Shown here one piece after another: positions 7,047 to 9,395 of a DNA stretch of 9,395 nt. Below the pieces are notes generated by a model that saw only the letters and a list, made by a program, of their open reading frames with translations, did no database searches and was not told the DNA's origin. Numbering within the stretch: the stretch's first letter is position 1; every line of letters begins with the position of its first letter. The stretch comes from a virus (taxonomy: Duplodnaviria > Heunggongvirae > Uroviricota > Caudoviricetes), in IMG/VR virus record IMGVR_UViG_2690316166_000023; one strand, 5' to 3'. The position numbers were made by a program, and so were the translations under genes.

Positions 7047-7247
7047 ATGTATCGAAACATACGGTGCCGACATTGTAACAAGCTACTGGCACGAGCCAGC
7101 TTCAGTTATCTGGAAGTTAAATGTCCGCGCTGTAAAACCCTCAATCAAATCACATCTCAGAGCGCCACAGAGCACCCCACATACACAAGGAAATCCTGTC
7201 GTGGGGAACAGAAAGCAAGTTACATCCCGTATCATCAGCACGCCTGA
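7047..7247 (+). CDS. com: Com-like zinc-finger translational activator
   Basis: 66-aa ORF, ATG 7047 ten nt after AGGAGG (7031-7036). [30 protein letters not shown]... has the Cys-X2-Cys...Cys-X2-Cys pattern and aligns block-wise with Mu Com as I recall it (MKSIRCKNCNKLL...IEIRCPRCK...). Its 3' end overlaps the following mom-like frame. The ORF-track start at 7002 is a TTG extension. Confidence 0.8.
   Translation: MYRNIRCRHCNKLLARASFSYLEVKCPRCKTLNQITSQSATEHPTYTRKSCRGEQKASYIPYHQHA
7175..7206 (+). promoter_or_regulatory. RNA hairpin that would sequester the putative mom GTG start codon and its ribosome-binding site (candidate Com-responsive translational switch)
   Basis: CCCCAC (7175-7180) is the exact complement of GTGGGG (7201-7206); the 20-nt loop holds AAGGAAA; the GTG at 7201-7203 is in the mom frame and inside the 3' arm. 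It lies inside the 3' end of com, the arrangement known for Mu. Confidence 0.4.
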
Positions 7248-7938
7248 ACTTATTCACTATAACGACAATATCGTCGGTTATGGCTCCCGTGAGTTACGGG
7301 TTGAGACAATAAGTTGCTGGCTGGCCCGGCTGGTCGTCGTCAATAAACATTACAGCCATCGTTTCGTAAATAATTCCTACCTTCATCTGGGCATATTTTC
7401 AGAACGGGAGCTGGTTGGCGTAATGCAATGGGGTTATGCCCTTAATCCAAACAATGGTGCACGCGTCGTAACTGGCACGCAGAACCGCGAATATATGGAG
7501 CTTAACCGGTTATGGCTGCATGACTGTATGCCGAGAAACTCCGAATCAAGGGCAATCAGTTACGCGCTCAAACTAATCAGACAACTTTATCCGCAGGTGC
7601 AGTGGGTTCAGTCGTTTGCAGATGAGCGTTGTGGCTGTCTTGGTGTCGTGTACCAGGCAAGCAATTTTGATTATGTAGGCAGTCATGAAACAACATTCTA
7701 TGAACTTGATGGCGAGTGGTATCACGAGATTTGCAAGAATGCAATCAAACGAGGAGGACAGCGAGGTGAACATCTGCGGGCTAATATCGACAGAGCCAGT
7801 GTTCATAAATTCCGTCAGTTTCGTTACATCCGGTTTCTGGACAAGAGAGCCAGAAAACGCCTTAACACAAAGCTATTCAAAGTCCAGCCTTACCCAAAAC
7901 CACAAACAGTTAAAACTGGTTTGAAAGAGAGTGAATGA
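7201..7938 (+). CDS. mom: Mom-like DNA modification protein (adenine-modifying, acyltransferase-like); start uncertain: GTG 7201 proposed, maximal ORF begins at 7006
   Basis: Long ORF ending at 7938 that overlaps com in another frame, which is the signature com-mom arrangement. GTG 7201 has AAGGA 8 nt upstream and sits in the hairpin, giving 245 aa (Mu Mom is about 230 aa). Assignment rests on context; I cannot recall Mom sequence well enough to align it. Confidence 0.6.
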   Translation: MGNRKQVTSRIISTPELIHYNDNIVGYGSRELRVETISCWLARLVVVNKHYSHRFVNNSYLHLGIFSERELVGVMQWGYALNPNNGARVVTGTQNREYMELNRLWLHDCMPRNSESRAISYALKLIRQLYPQVQWVQSFADERCGCLGVVYQASNFDYVGSHETTFYELDGEWYHEICKNAIKRGGQRGEHLRANIDRASVHKFRQFRYIRFLDKRARKRLNTKLFKVQPYPKPQTVKTGLKESE

Positions 7939-7995
7939 ACGCTTAAAAACTCATTCTAAAACTCAAAAGAAAAGCGCCGATTTAGTATCAAATAA

Positions 7996-8862
<867 letters not shown>

Positions 8863-8870
8863 GTAACAGT

Positions 8871-8950
8871 GCCGGATGCGGCGTGAACGCCTTATCCGGC
8901 CTACATGTCGCACGAACCAGGAAGGCCCGATAAGCGCAGCGCATCGGGCA
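8871..8950. repeat. REP/BIME element: two palindromic units in the convergent intergenic gap
   Basis: GCCGGATGCGGCGTGAACGCCTTATCCGGCCTACA (8871-8905) is a textbook E. coli-type REP; the second unit GCCCGATAAGCGCAGCGCATCGGGC (8925-8949) is an inverted-repeat variant. Confidence 0.75.
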
Positions 8951-8975
8951 ATCTGGGGTTTGGCATCAGTCAAAA

Positions 8976-9395
8976 TCAAAGAAACCATTCCGGCTTAACG
9001 CCAAATCGGGCTGAAAGTGCCTTAATGTGGGATATCGTCAGGGATCGTTGTCCAGACAAAATCTGACTGACCAGGGATTTAGAGCCGATTTCGTTCTTCA
9101 AATCCGCATAGGTCAGATTATGTTGATCAATCAGCGTGCGAAGTAACGCCACGCCAACAGGCATTGCCGCAACGGCTTTGTCGAACTCTGCAAACTCTTG
9201 GTTGTTGTTTTCATATTCTGCAATGCGGCTCGCCAGAAAGTCGATAAGTGGATTGGTGTCATCTTCTTCAATCAAATATTCGACCAGTTCCAGTGCTTCA
9301 CGATAATCATCTTCTGAGTCACTACCTCCCAGAAAGGGGACTGCATTGACCAGTTCTCTTGTTGCTTTAACAGCGCGTGCAGCATTAGCAGTCAT
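8976..9395 (-). CDS. HigA-family antitoxin / XRE-type HTH regulator
   Basis: 139-aa minus-strand ORF whose ATG is the last three bases of the window. MTANAARAVKATRELVNAVPFLGG...NPLIDFLASRIAEYE...EFAEFDKAVAAMPVGVALLRTLIDQHNLTYADL...IGSKSLVSQILSGQRSLTISHIKALSARFGVKPEWF matches E. coli HigA block for block as I recall it. The partner toxin gene would lie upstream, outside the window. Confidence 0.8.
   Translation of the reverse strand: MTANAARAVKATRELVNAVPFLGGSDSEDDYREALELVEYLIEEDDTNPLIDFLASRIAEYENNNQEFAEFDKAVAAMPVGVALLRTLIDQHNLTYADLKNEIGSKSLVSQILSGQRSLTISHIKALSARFGVKPEWFL

Noticed and set aside
7573-7924. ORFs 7573..7806 (minus) and 7685..7924 (plus)
   Set aside because: Nested in or antisense to the mom-like ORF.

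Overview
The window reads as the right-hand end of a temperate-phage (Mu-like) tail-fibre/accessory region inserted in an enterobacterial chromosome; all calls are from motifs and context read by eye, with no database search. Left to right: a tail-fibre assembly gene on the minus strand, running off the window start; about 2.3 kb of N-masked sequence (487-2799) whose short unmasked islands still show minus-strand coding; a 26-bp gix/pix-type crossover site (2909-2934) sitting inside the conserved tail-fibre motif LGL-ETVNRA; a serine DNA invertase (3000-3572); a 684-aa SASA/SGNH O-acetylesterase resembling prophage NanS-p (3658-5712); two small genes with strong ribosome-binding sites (5857-6039, 6075-6329); a divergent 97-aa orphan (6497-6790); and a com-mom-like DNA-modification module (7047-7938) preceded by a GATC-bearing palindrome and carrying a hairpin over the putative mom start codon. 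The element appears to end near 8.04 kb, where the 3' ~270 codons of a GH1 6-phospho-beta-glucosidase gene begin without a 5' half, followed by a REP/BIME repeat and a HigA-family antitoxin gene. The most likely place for an undescribed system is the cargo inserted between the invertase and com-mom, especially the three small genes at 5857-6790, which I could not assign to any family.
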